A DNA stretch of 64,000 bases from an uncultured Chloroflexia bacterium (GTDB lineage Bacteria; Chloroflexota; Dehalococcoidia; DSTF01; JALHUB01): contig OY969814.1 of NCBI GenBank assembly GCA_963703345.1, forward strand, positions 576,001-640,000, in the 5' to 3' direction. Shown here in pieces: positions 40,423 to 49,808 of the stretch. Within the stretch, counting starts at the first letter, position 1. Every line of letters begins with the position of its first letter. A program made the position numbers and the translations under genes. The notes under the pieces were generated by a model. The model was not told where the DNA came from. It did not search any database and was given only the letters and a program-made list of their open reading frames with translations.

Positions 40423-40632
40423 ATGGGAGCCCCAATAAGGATCGATGAGATGGGCAGCAACTCGATCAGCGGCATCTACTTCGACGACGGGGAATTGAGG
40501 GCAACATTGATGCTGGAGGCGTTGCGGCGTAGCTTGCGCCGGCTCCGGCCGCTTGTCGATGCGACGCAGGAGGCTGACGAAGCGGCGGCCGTCCCCGGCC
40601 CTGCGGTTCGGGTTGCCGAACCGCACGCCTAA
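40423..40632 (+). CDS. Small hypothetical protein
   Basis: GGGAGG upstream; short ORF only. Confidence 0.35.
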   Translation: MGAPIRIDEMGSNSISGIYFDDGELRATLMLEALRRSLRRLRPLVDATQEADEAAAVPGPAVRVAEPHA

Positions 40633-40819
40633 AATTCCGACGCGACGTTGCTGCGATTGTCCGCGCTAGTCTTCCCACACCGCCGGCACCGCGCCGACGC
40701 CTCCCCGCACAACCAACCCGCGCAGCGACTCGTTCTTCGGCACGTCCTGCTTTCGCAGCGACGGGATCGCGCCACCGGAAGGAGGGCGCGCGTTCGACGG
40801 CCCGGTCCGGCGCTTCGAC

Positions 40820-41140
40820 TCACTTCCCACCGGCGACCCCCTTGTCGTCACTCGGACGAAGATAGCTCTGGTAGAAATCGTGCACGTAGCTTGCGCCGCG
40901 GCCCAGCACAACGCCGCTCAGGATGACGCCCAGAGCGGCGGGCCGTGGCGACAGTCCCAGCACGTCGCGTGTCATGTCGACATTGTACGTCCAGGCCAGC
41001 AGCACGCCGACGGCCACCGCGACGTAACGAATAACGTCCGCCGGCAGTCGCGCGGCCGAAAGCGGCGCCGCGAAGAGGTACTCTGTCAGGCTCTCCGACA
41101 GAAATGCCAGCGCTGTGATTGCCAGAATCGGCTCAATCAT
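40820..41140 (-). CDS. Holin-like membrane protein
   Basis: Hydrophobic segments, SGVVLGRGASYVHD, last gene of the particle operon, GGAGG RBS. Confidence 0.55.
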   Translation of the reverse strand: MIEPILAITALAFLSESLTEYLFAAPLSAARLPADVIRYVAVAVGVLLAWTYNVDMTRDVLGLSPRPAALGVILSGVVLGRGASYVHDFYQSYLRPSDDKGVAGGK

Positions 41141-41152
41141 TTCCTCCTCCCC

Positions 41153-41365
41153 CTAGCTGTAGACCGCCACGACCACCGCGTCCTTCGGATTGCCGTCATC
41201 GAAGAAGATGACCGCGCAGCTCCGTCCCGCCTGCATCTCCGACGCCGCGATGTTCCGCGCCACCGGCACGCCCGCCAGCCACACCGAGAGGCTTCCCGCC
41301 AGGCGAATCGTCGCGCTGTAGCTCCCGGCGTCGAACGACTTCACTTCTGCCTTACGCACCACCAT
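41153..41365 (-). CDS. Small beta-rich virion-associated protein
   Basis: In operon; OB-like SYSATIRL..AGRSCAVIFFD. Confidence 0.6.
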   Translation of the reverse strand: MVVRKAEVKSFDAGSYSATIRLAGSLSVWLAGVPVARNIAASEMQAGRSCAVIFFDDGNPKDAVVVAVYS

Positions 41366-41378
41366 TACGAAGGTCCTC

Positions 41379-43361
41379 CTACACCGCGCCCAGACGCAGT
41401 CGCATCGCGTACGTTGGGTCGGCGCTACTCCGTGAATAGCGAAGGCTAAGCCCTGTCACCCGTCGTGACGCCGCGTTCAGCCCCGCCCGAGCGTCGGTTA
41501 CCGTCACAACGTCGTACAGCTCCTGGCCGCAATTCGCCGGTACAACGATCTCCTCCGCCCGCGACGCCATCGTCGCCTCGCGGAGCAACGCGTCGGAGCG
41601 ACTCTGGGCGTCTGCCGCTGTCGTCAAGTTCAGATCCTGCACCTGCAGCAGCCGGTCGTACGTCACGTCGACGCTCGGCCAGTCGAACGCATCGACCATC
41701 ACTCCGCGGCCGAATACCTGTACCCGGTTCACCTCGCGGTCCGGGACGCCGTAGCGACCGCTCAGGACGGCGTGACCCGTCCCATACGCGTAAGTCGAGG
41801 CATCTCCGGCCAGAGGGTTGAGGATGAGGGCGGTCTCGCCGGTCATTCGCACAACGTCCGGCACCATCCCGAGGAGGCGCCGTACACTGGTCAGACCGTC
41901 CTCGCCCGGGTGAATGGCGAAAGACGGCTTCAGCGAGGTCAGCGCCGGGCTCGAGCTGAGGCTGCCCGACTCCAGTCCCGCGCGAGCGAAGATGAAGCTC
42001 AGTATCTGGAAGACGTTACTGTCACCGGCGTTCCAGGCGTACTGACGGCGGGCGCGCCAGTGTCGCAGCAGCCACCAGCCGTCTCGCGCCAGCAGCGTGA
42101 AGGTTGACGCGCCGTCGCGGCAATCGTATTCCCAGCCCTCCAGCCAGTAACGCGGCCCGATGGAGACGCAAATCCCCTGGCTCGTCACGAAGCCGGGGCT
42201 CACGTCGACCTGTGCCGACAGGCCGACAACCGAGTTTGCGCCCGCCGTCAGGTCTGAGTAGCGGCCGTCGTCGTTCCGCAGAACGATGCGGACCAGCCCG
42301 TCGAACGGAGCGACGTCCTCGCGCAGCTCCAGCACGTCTTCGCTCACGTCGAGCGCCGCCGCGCTCAGAGGCGCGCGCCATACGCCCGCGGGCGACGAGA
42401 GCCACGCGTAGCTGGGGCTGTGCGTCATCGCCATGCCGTATTCCGCGGACGTGTCGAACGGCACCGGCTCGCGCCAGGCGTTCGCAGCGAAATCACCGAA
42501 AATGGAGACGTGAGTCCAGACGGGCCGGGCGTATGCCTGGCTGCCCGTGTACTTCTCGACGAAGAACAGGCGCAGCAGATCGGCGCGATGAAGGCACGGA
42601 GCGCGAAAGGTCACGTTCGAGCCGGCGTCGGCCCGCGTCAGCTCGGCTAGCGCCGACCATGTGTCCAGCGGCTGATTGAAGCCGTCGCCGTAGACAGCCG
42701 TCCAGACCTTGGCAGCGCCGTTCGAATCGGTTCCTGTGACGACGACGTCGAAATCCAAATCGTAATAGCAGGCCAGGCCCGTCACGCCGGCGACGCTGTT
42801 GCTCCAGGCCGTCGCCGCGCCCCACGAGCCGCCGCTACGCTTGACGCGGAAGACGACGCCGCCGACGGAGTAGAACACCAGCGCTGTGCCGTTGCTCTTC
42901 AGCTCGCCGGCCAGGGCGGTCACCGCGCCGGAGGCCGTCGCCACCGTCACGGCCGTCCCGAACGATTGCCCGTAGTCGCTGCTGGCCCTCACCTTGACCG
43001 TCACGCCGTCCGTGTCGACGTAGAAGAGCAGCACGCTCGCCCCGCTGCTCGCCAGGGCGATGGCCGCGTTCAAGGACACGCTCGCAAGCGCCGACCAGGA
43101 CGCGAAGTTCGAGCCCGGCCCCGGCGAAGCGACGCGCTGTATTAGCAACTGCGCCGTCGAAGGGTCCACTCGCGCACGGATGAGACTTCCATCGCCGGGC
43201 ATGGTGACGGCGTGAAAGTAGTCAGCCTCGGTGCCGCTATACAGCCGCTCCCAGCTCAGCCGCGCGACGCCGCCGATCTGCCCGCGGATCTGCACCTGCA
43301 CGTAGGGGACGGCGCTCGAGCTCTTCTGAGCGGCCAGCAGGGCACTGTCGAGGTTTCGCAT
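41379..43361 (-). CDS. Tail/baseplate-hub-like protein
   Basis: 660 aa beta-rich; C-terminal NRVQVFG, ELYDVVTV typical of phage tail hubs. Confidence 0.6.
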   Translation of the reverse strand: MRNLDSALLAAQKSSSAVPYVQVQIRGQIGGVARLSWERLYSGTEADYFHAVTMPGDGSLIRARVDPSTAQLLIQRVASPGPGSNFASWSALASVSLNAAIALASSGASVLLFYVDTDGVTVKVRASSDYGQSFGTAVTVATASGAVTALAGELKSNGTALVFYSVGGVVFRVKRSGGSWGAATAWSNSVAGVTGLACYYDLDFDVVVTGTDSNGAAKVWTAVYGDGFNQPLDTWSALAELTRADAGSNVTFRAPCLHRADLLRLFFVEKYTGSQAYARPVWTHVSIFGDFAANAWREPVPFDTSAEYGMAMTHSPSYAWLSSPAGVWRAPLSAAALDVSEDVLELREDVAPFDGLVRIVLRNDDGRYSDLTAGANSVVGLSAQVDVSPGFVTSQGICVSIGPRYWLEGWEYDCRDGASTFTLLARDGWWLLRHWRARRQYAWNAGDSNVFQILSFIFARAGLESGSLSSSPALTSLKPSFAIHPGEDGLTSVRRLLGMVPDVVRMTGETALILNPLAGDASTYAYGTGHAVLSGRYGVPDREVNRVQVFGRGVMVDAFDWPSVDVTYDRLLQVQDLNLTTAADAQSRSDALLREATMASRAEEIVVPANCGQELYDVVTVTDARAGLNAASRRVTGLSLRYSRSSADPTYAMRLRLGAV

Positions 43362-43372
43362 GATCGTTGGCG

Positions 43373-44008
43373 CTACTGCTGGAGGTTGTCCGCCTGGTTA
43401 ACGGCGGGCTCGGCGGGCGCGTACAGTCTTCGCACGCGAACGGCGCTGCGGTGCCCCTGCCTCGCAAGCGCCGTTGTGAAGGAAGCGAGTCGCTGCTCAC
43501 CCCAGACCAGGTAGTCGCGCCAGGTGTCCTTGCCGCCGGCGTTGACGCGGTTCGTTGCGTAGCTTGCCCACTCCACCGCCGCGTAGCCCGCCGCGCCCGT
43601 CGCCACCACGTCCTCCAGCGACGCCGGCAGCGTCGAGCCGTTTTCGTCCAGCGTATGAAGCTTGCCGTAGTAGAGGTTGACGCTCGTCGCCGACACCGGC
43701 GCCGAGTCGACGAGCAGCGTCAGCGTGTCGCCCCAGATGCTGAAGGGAACGTAGGCCGGCGGATACAGCGCCGTTGGATACTCGACCGCCTCCACGACGA
43801 GCCGGTCCGTCAGCGATGCCAGCGACAGGTCGCGGCTCCCGGCCGTCGTCGTCAGCGCCGCTTTCGCGTCCAGCGGCGATGCCAGACTCGCCTCTCGCAC
43901 CGCGCGGTCTACGTGACGATTCAACTCGTCGTCCGACCATCGGTAACTCGAGGCGTCCTGGTCGTGAAGGTCTCGTCGCAGAAGGCTTCTCATCGCGGAA
44001 AGGTTCAT
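43373..44008 (-). CDS. Head-tail adaptor-like protein
   Basis: RRDLHD..RWSDDELNR N-terminus; position downstream of the capsid gene. Confidence 0.55.
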   Translation of the reverse strand: MNLSAMRSLLRRDLHDQDASSYRWSDDELNRHVDRAVREASLASPLDAKAALTTTAGSRDLSLASLTDRLVVEAVEYPTALYPPAYVPFSIWGDTLTLLVDSAPVSATSVNLYYGKLHTLDENGSTLPASLEDVVATGAAGYAAVEWASYATNRVNAGGKDTWRDYLVWGEQRLASFTTALARQGHRSAVRVRRLYAPAEPAVNQADNLQQ

Positions 44009-44397
44009 TGCTTCTCACTCCCCTGAATCGATGCCGTCAGCGCCGTCGCCTGCGCCTGCCCGCGCGTGACGAGGCCGGCCAGTGCCCGGACCGCCGTTTC
44101 TATGTCCTGCAGCCCCAGGCTCCCCTCTTTACTCGCCAGCAGCGCCGCCAGATCGAGTTCTTCCTTCGTCATGCCCCACTGCGGGTCCGGCGAGTGGCGC
44201 GCCACAGCCTCGCTCACTGCCTGCTCGACGTCCGGCGTTAGCGTCTTCTCGTCGACATGCACCGTAAGCGTCATCTCACCCTCCGGCGACGGGCCGCAGG
44301 CGCTGAGCCCCTGCAGCCCCGCCATTCCCGGCAACCCTCGTATCTCCTTCGTGAGCTGGTCGAGGCGAATTGCTTTGCCGCTGATCTTGATTTCCAC
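44005..44397 (-). CDS. Hypothetical phage-cluster protein
   Basis: AGGAG RBS, translationally coupled to the next gene. Confidence 0.6.
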   Translation of the reverse strand: MEIKISGKAIRLDQLTKEIRGLPGMAGLQGLSACGPSPEGEMTLTVHVDEKTLTPDVEQAVSEAVARHSPDPQWGMTKEELDLAALLASKEGSLGLQDIETAVRALAGLVTRGQAQATALTASIQGSEKQ

Positions 44398-44422
44398 GCT
44401 AGACTCCTGTTCGACGTCGCCT

Positions 44423-44824
44423 TTAGCTCGGCGTGGCGTAGATGTTCAGCAGCAGGCTTGTCGCCGTCGCCGAGATCACTTTGAGGAACACCGTCGCTCC
44501 CCGAACCTCCGCCTCGAGGGCGGGCTTCGGATTCAGCGCCAGGTCCTGCTGACTAAAATCGTGGTCGGCGCCGCGGAAGTACTTGCCGGCGCCGCTGTTC
44601 CAGTTCAGGACCTGCACCTTGAGCGCCGTCAGGCCGCTGCTGCCGCTCGTGTCGATGTCGAAGCGGATCCGGCGGTAGCCCGTGCAGTTCACCCCCACGG
44701 ACGCCGACGCCGGGTCGCTGCTGTCGACAGCGGTCAAGGCCGGACGGTGCAGGACCGTCGGCGCCTCTTCGTATACCGGCCCCTTGGGCACTCCGCGTGT
44801 GTCGATGCGAACGTCGGCCATCAT
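44423..44824 (-). CDS. Hypothetical beta-sandwich virion protein
   Basis: GGAGG RBS, first gene after the promoter at 44870-44898. Confidence 0.6.
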   Translation of the reverse strand: MMADVRIDTRGVPKGPVYEEAPTVLHRPALTAVDSSDPASASVGVNCTGYRRIRFDIDTSGSSGLTALKVQVLNWNSGAGKYFRGADHDFSQQDLALNPKPALEAEVRGATVFLKVISATATSLLLNIYATPS

Positions 44825-44869
44825 TCCTCCCTGCTCTTTCGAAGGCCTCTCCCTTCGAAAGCGAGAGCA

Positions 44870-44898
44870 AGAATAGAATATGTGTGCTATCCCGTCAA
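44870..44898 (-). promoter_or_regulatory. Sigma70 promoter with overlapping LexA-like box
   Basis: TTGACG-N17-TATTCT; TAGCACACATATTCTA (2 mismatches to AGAAC-N4-GTTCT) at 44874-44889. Confidence 0.65.
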
Positions 44899-44971
44899 CG
44901 CTGAAATGTCACCCTCGGCCGGCTTTGCGACCGTGCACGTCTTCCGCCGGCCTCCCCGACGCAGATAAGAA

Positions 44972-44997
44972 AGCAGAGGGGAGTCTTCCCCTCTGCT
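44972..44997 (-). terminator. Rho-independent terminator after the capsid gene
   Basis: AGCAGAGGGGA-N4-TCCCCTCTGCT followed by TTCTT on the minus strand. Confidence 0.75.
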
Positions 44998-45025
44998 CCT
45001 TGCCAGGACGGCCTTGCTGTTGAGG

Positions 45026-45913
45026 CTACGTGCGCACTCCGATCAGCTTCGCAAGCTTCAGGGTGTTGAACAGCGCGAGCGATACGTACCACTTCACCCG
45101 CGTCCGCGTCGCGTCCTTCGTCTCCAGGCTGCCCACGCGCTCCACCTGCAGCCCGCCCGGCGACGTCAGCCCCGCGACCGCGCCTTCGCCCAATCGCAGC
45201 GCGTACACCGTCGAGCAGTCACCGCTGGTTCCCACCGTCTTCGCATCCGAGATGTAGTCGCAGATGCCGATGGGCATGCCGTCGTAGAACTGCGTCATCT
45301 GCCCGAAATCATTGCGGTCCGCTTCGAGGAACGTTCCCGACGTGCGCGCCAGGTTGTTCATCGTTCGCCGCGTTCGCTTGCTCATAAGCAGCATATCCGG
45401 CTTGCCGCCCTTGATCAGGTCGATCACCTCGTCCAGCTTCGCCAGCGCAAGCGTGGCTCCGTTCGTGCCCATCGTCGCGATCTGACCGGCGTCGCACACC
45501 TTGTCGATCCCGTCGAATGACTTCGTATCGACGCTCGAGTCGCCGTTGACGAAAGTGTCCTCGAACTTCTGCTGCACCGCCTTCGCCTTGAGGTGGACGA
45601 CAGCCGCCTCCAGGTCCTGCACGCTGCTGCGGGTGGCGAGCAAGAAGTTATCGATGTCTGCGTCGCCGCCGACGATCTTCAGCACCGCAGTGATCTGCGC
45701 GAACGTCGGCGTGCTCTCCGTCCAGGTGTCGCCCACGTCGTAGAACGCCGCCGTCGCCGCCGCGTTCTCGCGATTGTACGTGAGCCCGTTTCCGACGATC
45801 TCGATGAACGGCAGCGATTGCAAGATCGGGCTGTCCTTGACGATCGTCTCTATGACGCCCGTAAGCAGGACGTCGTTCGACAGTTTCGATGCTTCGACCA
45901 GAGTTAGCGCCAC
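45026..45913 (-). CDS. Phage major capsid protein (HK97 fold)
   Basis: MALTLVEASKLSND..SPILQSLPF..YNRE, GGDADID, FDGI, RTRVKWY; preceded by a scaffold gene. Confidence 0.88.
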   Translation of the reverse strand: MALTLVEASKLSNDVLLTGVIETIVKDSPILQSLPFIEIVGNGLTYNRENAAATAAFYDVGDTWTESTPTFAQITAVLKIVGGDADIDNFLLATRSSVQDLEAAVVHLKAKAVQQKFEDTFVNGDSSVDTKSFDGIDKVCDAGQIATMGTNGATLALAKLDEVIDLIKGGKPDMLLMSKRTRRTMNNLARTSGTFLEADRNDFGQMTQFYDGMPIGICDYISDAKTVGTSGDCSTVYALRLGEGAVAGLTSPGGLQVERVGSLETKDATRTRVKWYVSLALFNTLKLAKLIGVRT

Positions 45914-45996
45914 TCTTCTTCTCCTCCTCTACTCGAATGGGGAGGAATCCCTCCCTAACGATATTATTAGCTGAACCGACTGTCCGCCCCCGCTTT

Positions 45997-46548
45997 CTAC
46001 GACCGCTTCTGGCTCAGACCGAGGCGGATCTTCTCGACCGGGCTGAGCGCAGAGTAGTCCGGCGCACCGCGCGGCGGCGACCCCGTCGGGACACGGCCCA
46101 CCTGCGCCTGCGATTCCAGCCGCTCCCGCACCTGCCGGACGGTCTGCCGAGCCCGCTCTGCCGCTTCCTCCACCTCCTCTATCGACTCGCCGGACACCAG
46201 CTCCTCCGGCAGTTCAGGGGCAGCCGCCAGGAGCGCCTCGCGGTACTTCCCGGCGGCTGCCTGGAGGCGGGCCTGAAGCGTCTGGTTCTCCTCTTGCTTT
46301 GCCGTCAGGTCTTCTTCGAAGGCGGCTAGCTGCGCGCTCGATTCGTCGAGCCGCTGCCGCGCCGACGCAAGCTCGCCCTCCGTGGCCTCGAGCTGGCCGC
46401 GCAAGCCCTGGTTCAGCTCGTCTAGATGCAGAGCGCGCGCTTCGCTGTCGGCGGCCGCCACCTGGAGCCGCTCGCTCTCCGCCCGGGCTTCCGCCAACTG
46501 CTCTTGCAAGAGCGCGACTTCCTCGTCTGACATCTCGTTGCCCTCCAC
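45997..46548 (-). CDS. Capsid scaffolding protein
   Basis: Glu/Ala coiled coil, C-terminal LSPVEKIRLGL, immediately upstream of the capsid gene. Confidence 0.75.
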   Translation of the reverse strand: MEGNEMSDEEVALLQEQLAEARAESERLQVAAADSEARALHLDELNQGLRGQLEATEGELASARQRLDESSAQLAAFEEDLTAKQEENQTLQARLQAAAGKYREALLAAAPELPEELVSGESIEEVEEAAERARQTVRQVRERLESQAQVGRVPTGSPPRGAPDYSALSPVEKIRLGLSQKRS

Positions 46549-46567
46549 TCAGCGTTCGACGGCGGCA

Positions 46568-46597
46568 AGGATAGAAGATATGTTCTAAGGCGGTCAA
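46568..46597 (-). promoter_or_regulatory. Sigma70 promoter with overlapping LexA (SOS) box
   Basis: TTGACC-N18-TATCCT; TAGAACATATCTTCTA (1 mismatch to AGAAC-N4-GTTCT) at 46572-46587. Confidence 0.72.
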
Positions 46598-46642
46598 CAG
46601 CTTCGTGTCACAGTCGAAAGGAAAGCCACTGATGCGCTATCA

Positions 46643-48007
46643 TTGACGCCAGCCATGCCCGTTCAAGAGGATCCGCCGACGGTCGACGACCACCCGTCGC
46701 CCGCGTCAGTGATGCGCCGCCGCCGCTTTCCTTCGCACCTTGTCGCGGCCGCGCTCATCCTCGTCGTCGCCCTCGTCGCGCGCAGCGTCTGGGTCGCCTA
46801 CGCGCCCTCGAACCCCATGGACGGCCGCATCTTCAACGACACCGTCTTCTACTACTACTCAGCGGCCAACTTCGAAAAACTCGGTGGTTACGTGCAGCCG
46901 TACACGGGTGCTGCCACCGCCTCCTGGCCGCCCGGCTACACCTTTCTCCTCCTCGGCCTGTTCAAGGTGTTGCATCCGCACGTGTCTATAGCCTGGGGCG
47001 CGAACATCGTCCTGGGCGCGCTGACCTGCGTGGCGGTCTACTATCTGGGGCGGCTCGTCGCGGACCGGCGGACAGGCCTCATTGCGGGGCTGGTGCTCGC
47101 CCTGTTTCCCGGCCACATCTTCTTCTCGTCGCTTGTGCTTTCGGAGGTGACGTTCACCTTCCTTGTCACCATCGCTCTGCTGCTGGCCGCGCTGGCGGCT
47201 CGACGGCTCGAAAAGCGCGCCGTGTGGCTTCTGCTCCTGCTGGGGGTGACGATCGGCGCGGCGGCGCTCGTGCGAGGCCAGGGCCTCTACCTTCTGCCCC
47301 TGGCCGCGCTCTTGTGGTGGCTCCAGGCCGGCGGCTGGCGGCGCGCCCTGCGCTGGACAGCGATTACAGCCCTCGCGGCGCTCGTCCTCGTTGTGCCCTG
47401 GACCGTACGCAACTATGTCGTGATGGGCCACTTCGTCCTCATCAGCACGAACGTCGGGGGCAACCTGTACGTCGGCAACTTCGACGGCGCGACCGGCCAC
47501 ATGGTCTTTGGGGCCGGCGAATGGGCGAGGACTCGCTATTCGGACCTGTCGCCGGAAGACCAGGAAGTGGCCGTTGGCAACGCGCTTCTGAAGGAAGGGC
47601 TCAAGTTCATGTTCACGCACCCGGTCCGCGAGGTGCAGCTGACGGCGTCGAAGATACGCGGGCTGTACGAGGACGACGAAGAAGGGTTGCGCGGCATCCC
47701 GAATCACCAGGCCGGCGAGACCATCCCCCACGCCGACCGCATCGCAGACGTGGCGAACGTCTACTACTTCGCCGTGCTGGCGCTCTCCGGAATCGGCCTG
47801 GCCTTGTGGCGACGCCGATGGCGGACCCTGCTCCTGCCGCTCCTCGCCGTGGCGGTGTTCACGCTGGGACAAATCCCGTTCTTCACCGACCCGCGCTTCC
47901 ACTATCCGATGCTCCCCGCGTTCGCCCTCCTCGCCGCCGCCGGCATCGTCGCGTCGATCGACGTCGCGAAACGCCTCCTCGGCGCCCGTGTCGCCGACGC
48001 TTCCTGA
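46643..48007 (+). CDS. GT-C membrane glycosyltransferase (ArnT/PMT family 39-like)
   Basis: Multi-TM, WPPGY, LSE, PWTVRNY, STNVG.NLY.GN, PRFHYP. Confidence 0.82.
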   Translation: MTPAMPVQEDPPTVDDHPSPASVMRRRRFPSHLVAAALILVVALVARSVWVAYAPSNPMDGRIFNDTVFYYYSAANFEKLGGYVQPYTGAATASWPPGYTFLLLGLFKVLHPHVSIAWGANIVLGALTCVAVYYLGRLVADRRTGLIAGLVLALFPGHIFFSSLVLSEVTFTFLVTIALLLAALAARRLEKRAVWLLLLLGVTIGAAALVRGQGLYLLPLAALLWWLQAGGWRRALRWTAITALAALVLVVPWTVRNYVVMGHFVLISTNVGGNLYVGNFDGATGHMVFGAGEWARTRYSDLSPEDQEVAVGNALLKEGLKFMFTHPVREVQLTASKIRGLYEDDEEGLRGIPNHQAGETIPHADRIADVANVYYFAVLALSGIGLALWRRRWRTLLLPLLAVAVFTLGQIPFFTDPRFHYPMLPAFALLAAAGIVASIDVAKRLLGARVADAS

Positions 48008-48137
48008 TCCGACCCTGTCCGCCGCCCGCTTCGTCACCGGCCAGTCACCCGCCAAATCGCGGGGCATTATCACGATTCCCGCACATCGTCGCCGCGGTTT
48101 CTCATGGAGCGTGCATAAATAACGTGTAAAGTGATGG

Positions 48138-48728
48138 ATGGTGGTGGGAAAGGAGAAGGGAGAGATGTTGAGGAGAAGAGGAACAACAACAATCGAACAG
48201 AAGGCCCCCTCAGAGGGGACCGGAACTTCCCGTGGCGGGACGCTGCGGGAGGGACCTGGCGGGGATGAGCCCGGCCGATACAGTGGCGACGTCCGGCAAG
48301 AGTCGTCTGTTGCTGCGCCGCCCCGGGGCGACGGGCACGCTGTCCGCGAGGAAGAGCGGATGGCCGGCAGAGAAGCGATGATGGAACCGCGTCCGATGGG
48401 ACTCGGGCAGTACCTGGCGAACTGGTTTACCCTGCTCGTCGGTATCCCGCTGGTGGCGGCCGAGGCTGTGCTGGGCTTGAGGCTGTTCTTCAAGCTGGCG
48501 TCCGCGGACAACACCAACTGGATCGTCAAGTTCACCTACCACTTGAGTAGTGTGTTGATCAGGCCGTTCACCGACGTCATCACGAATCACGAGCTCGCCG
48601 GCGGCATCTTCGAGCCGGCGGTTGTGATCGCCATGGTGCTCTTCCTGATCGGCTCGGTTCTGGCGATTTGGGTAGTGCGGTCTCTGGCGACGCTGAAGTC
48701 ATTGGGTAGTGGACTGATCTGGCGGTAA
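48138..48728 (+). CDS. YggT-like membrane protein
   Basis: LRLFFKLASA..NWIVKFTY.LS..LIRPF. Confidence 0.6.
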   Translation: MVVGKEKGEMLRRRGTTTIEQKAPSEGTGTSRGGTLREGPGGDEPGRYSGDVRQESSVAAPPRGDGHAVREEERMAGREAMMEPRPMGLGQYLANWFTLLVGIPLVAAEAVLGLRLFFKLASADNTNWIVKFTYHLSSVLIRPFTDVITNHELAGGIFEPAVVIAMVLFLIGSVLAIWVVRSLATLKSLGSGLIWR

Positions 48729-48914
48729 CAGCGCCGTCAGCGGCCGCGCCTGAAAGCGGATAGGAGAAGAAGATACCGCCTGCAGAACAAGAACGACGTC
48801 GATCTTCTTCCCTGAGCAGCGGTTGATGAAGCCGCTGCTCACCTTTATGCGCCGGTCCCGGCGTCGGGTGAGCGGCGGCTTCCGCTGGCCTGACGCGTCG
48901 TCGATAATGGGCGC

Positions 48915-49451
48915 ATGGCAATCGCCTTCGTCACGGCCGTGCGCGTCCTCGGCTCGCTGCCCGTGCTGCGATGGGCCTTCGTCGGCGCCATCATCGCCCT
49001 CCTCGCCGACGCCAGCGACGTCCTTCTCCTCAACCTGCTCGACATGTCGGCGATGGGCCACTACCAGCAGTTCGACAAGTGGGCCGACCAGGTCTACATG
49101 CTGACGTTCCTCATCGTCGCGCTGCGCTGGCAGGGGCTGACGCGCAACGTCGCCGTCGGGCTGTACGCCTATCGACTCGTCGGCGTCGTCGCCTTCGAGG
49201 TCACCGGCGTGCGCATCCTGCTGATGGTGTTCCCCAACCTGTTCGAGTTCTGGTTCATCTTCGTCGCCAGCCTGCCGCACTGGCGGCCGCGCTACAGCCT
49301 CTCGACGGCGGGCGCGCTCTCCGTGTTGCCGCTGCTGCTGGTGGCGAAGGAGGGACAGGAGTTCGTGCTGCACGGGGCACGCTGGCTGGACAGCTTCACC
49401 GCGCTCGACGCCCTGCACGCCATCTGGGGGTGGGTCAAGTACCCCTTCTAG
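48915..49451 (+). CDS. Hypothetical membrane protein
   Basis: Multiple TM segments, YQQFDKWAD, FPNLFEFWF. Confidence 0.7.
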   Translation: MAIAFVTAVRVLGSLPVLRWAFVGAIIALLADASDVLLLNLLDMSAMGHYQQFDKWADQVYMLTFLIVALRWQGLTRNVAVGLYAYRLVGVVAFEVTGVRILLMVFPNLFEFWFIFVASLPHWRPRYSLSTAGALSVLPLLLVAKEGQEFVLHGARWLDSFTALDALHAIWGWVKYPF

Positions 49452-49601
49452 CCGGGCGGTTGCCGTCTGATTGTATTTGTTTGGAAAAAAGCTGCGTTTT
49501 GCGAATCTGTTTGTGGCCGTTTGCGTGATTGACCGTCGTAGAGGCCGGCCAGCCGACCCAGACGGGCGGGGGGGCGAAACGGGTAAGGCCGGCAGCGCTG
49601 C

Positions 49602-49632
49602 TTGACGGAAGCCCCGTCAGCATATATGTTCT
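49602..49632 (+). promoter_or_regulatory. Sigma70 promoter with LexA-like box upstream of the R-M genes
   Basis: TTGACG-N17-TATGTT; AGCATATATGTTCT at 49619-49632. Confidence 0.5.
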
Positions 49633-49808
49633 CAGAAGCGGTATCGGATGGCAAGAGGAAGATGACACTTCAGCTTCGGGAGAGGAAGTCTCCCTTCATC
49701 CACGTCAACGACTCGACGCGGCCCGGTCTCGTCTGCCGTCTCGGGGCGCCCTGTTGCTACCCCGAGGGCAACCCTTGCCTAGCACCTGTTACTCCGCCTG
49801 TGGTATGA

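Noticed and set aside
39198-40800. oriC near dnaN
   Set aside because: No dnaA gene and no cluster of TTATCCACA boxes
45026-45913. Encapsulin instead of a phage capsid
   Set aside because: Scaffold, portal, adaptor and tail-like neighbours indicate a virion-type particle
46859-48535. 558-aa minus-strand ORF and similar long antisense ORFs (8397-9365, 15258-16319, 39132-40253)
   Set aside because: Shadow frames of well-supported opposite-strand genes, typical of high GC
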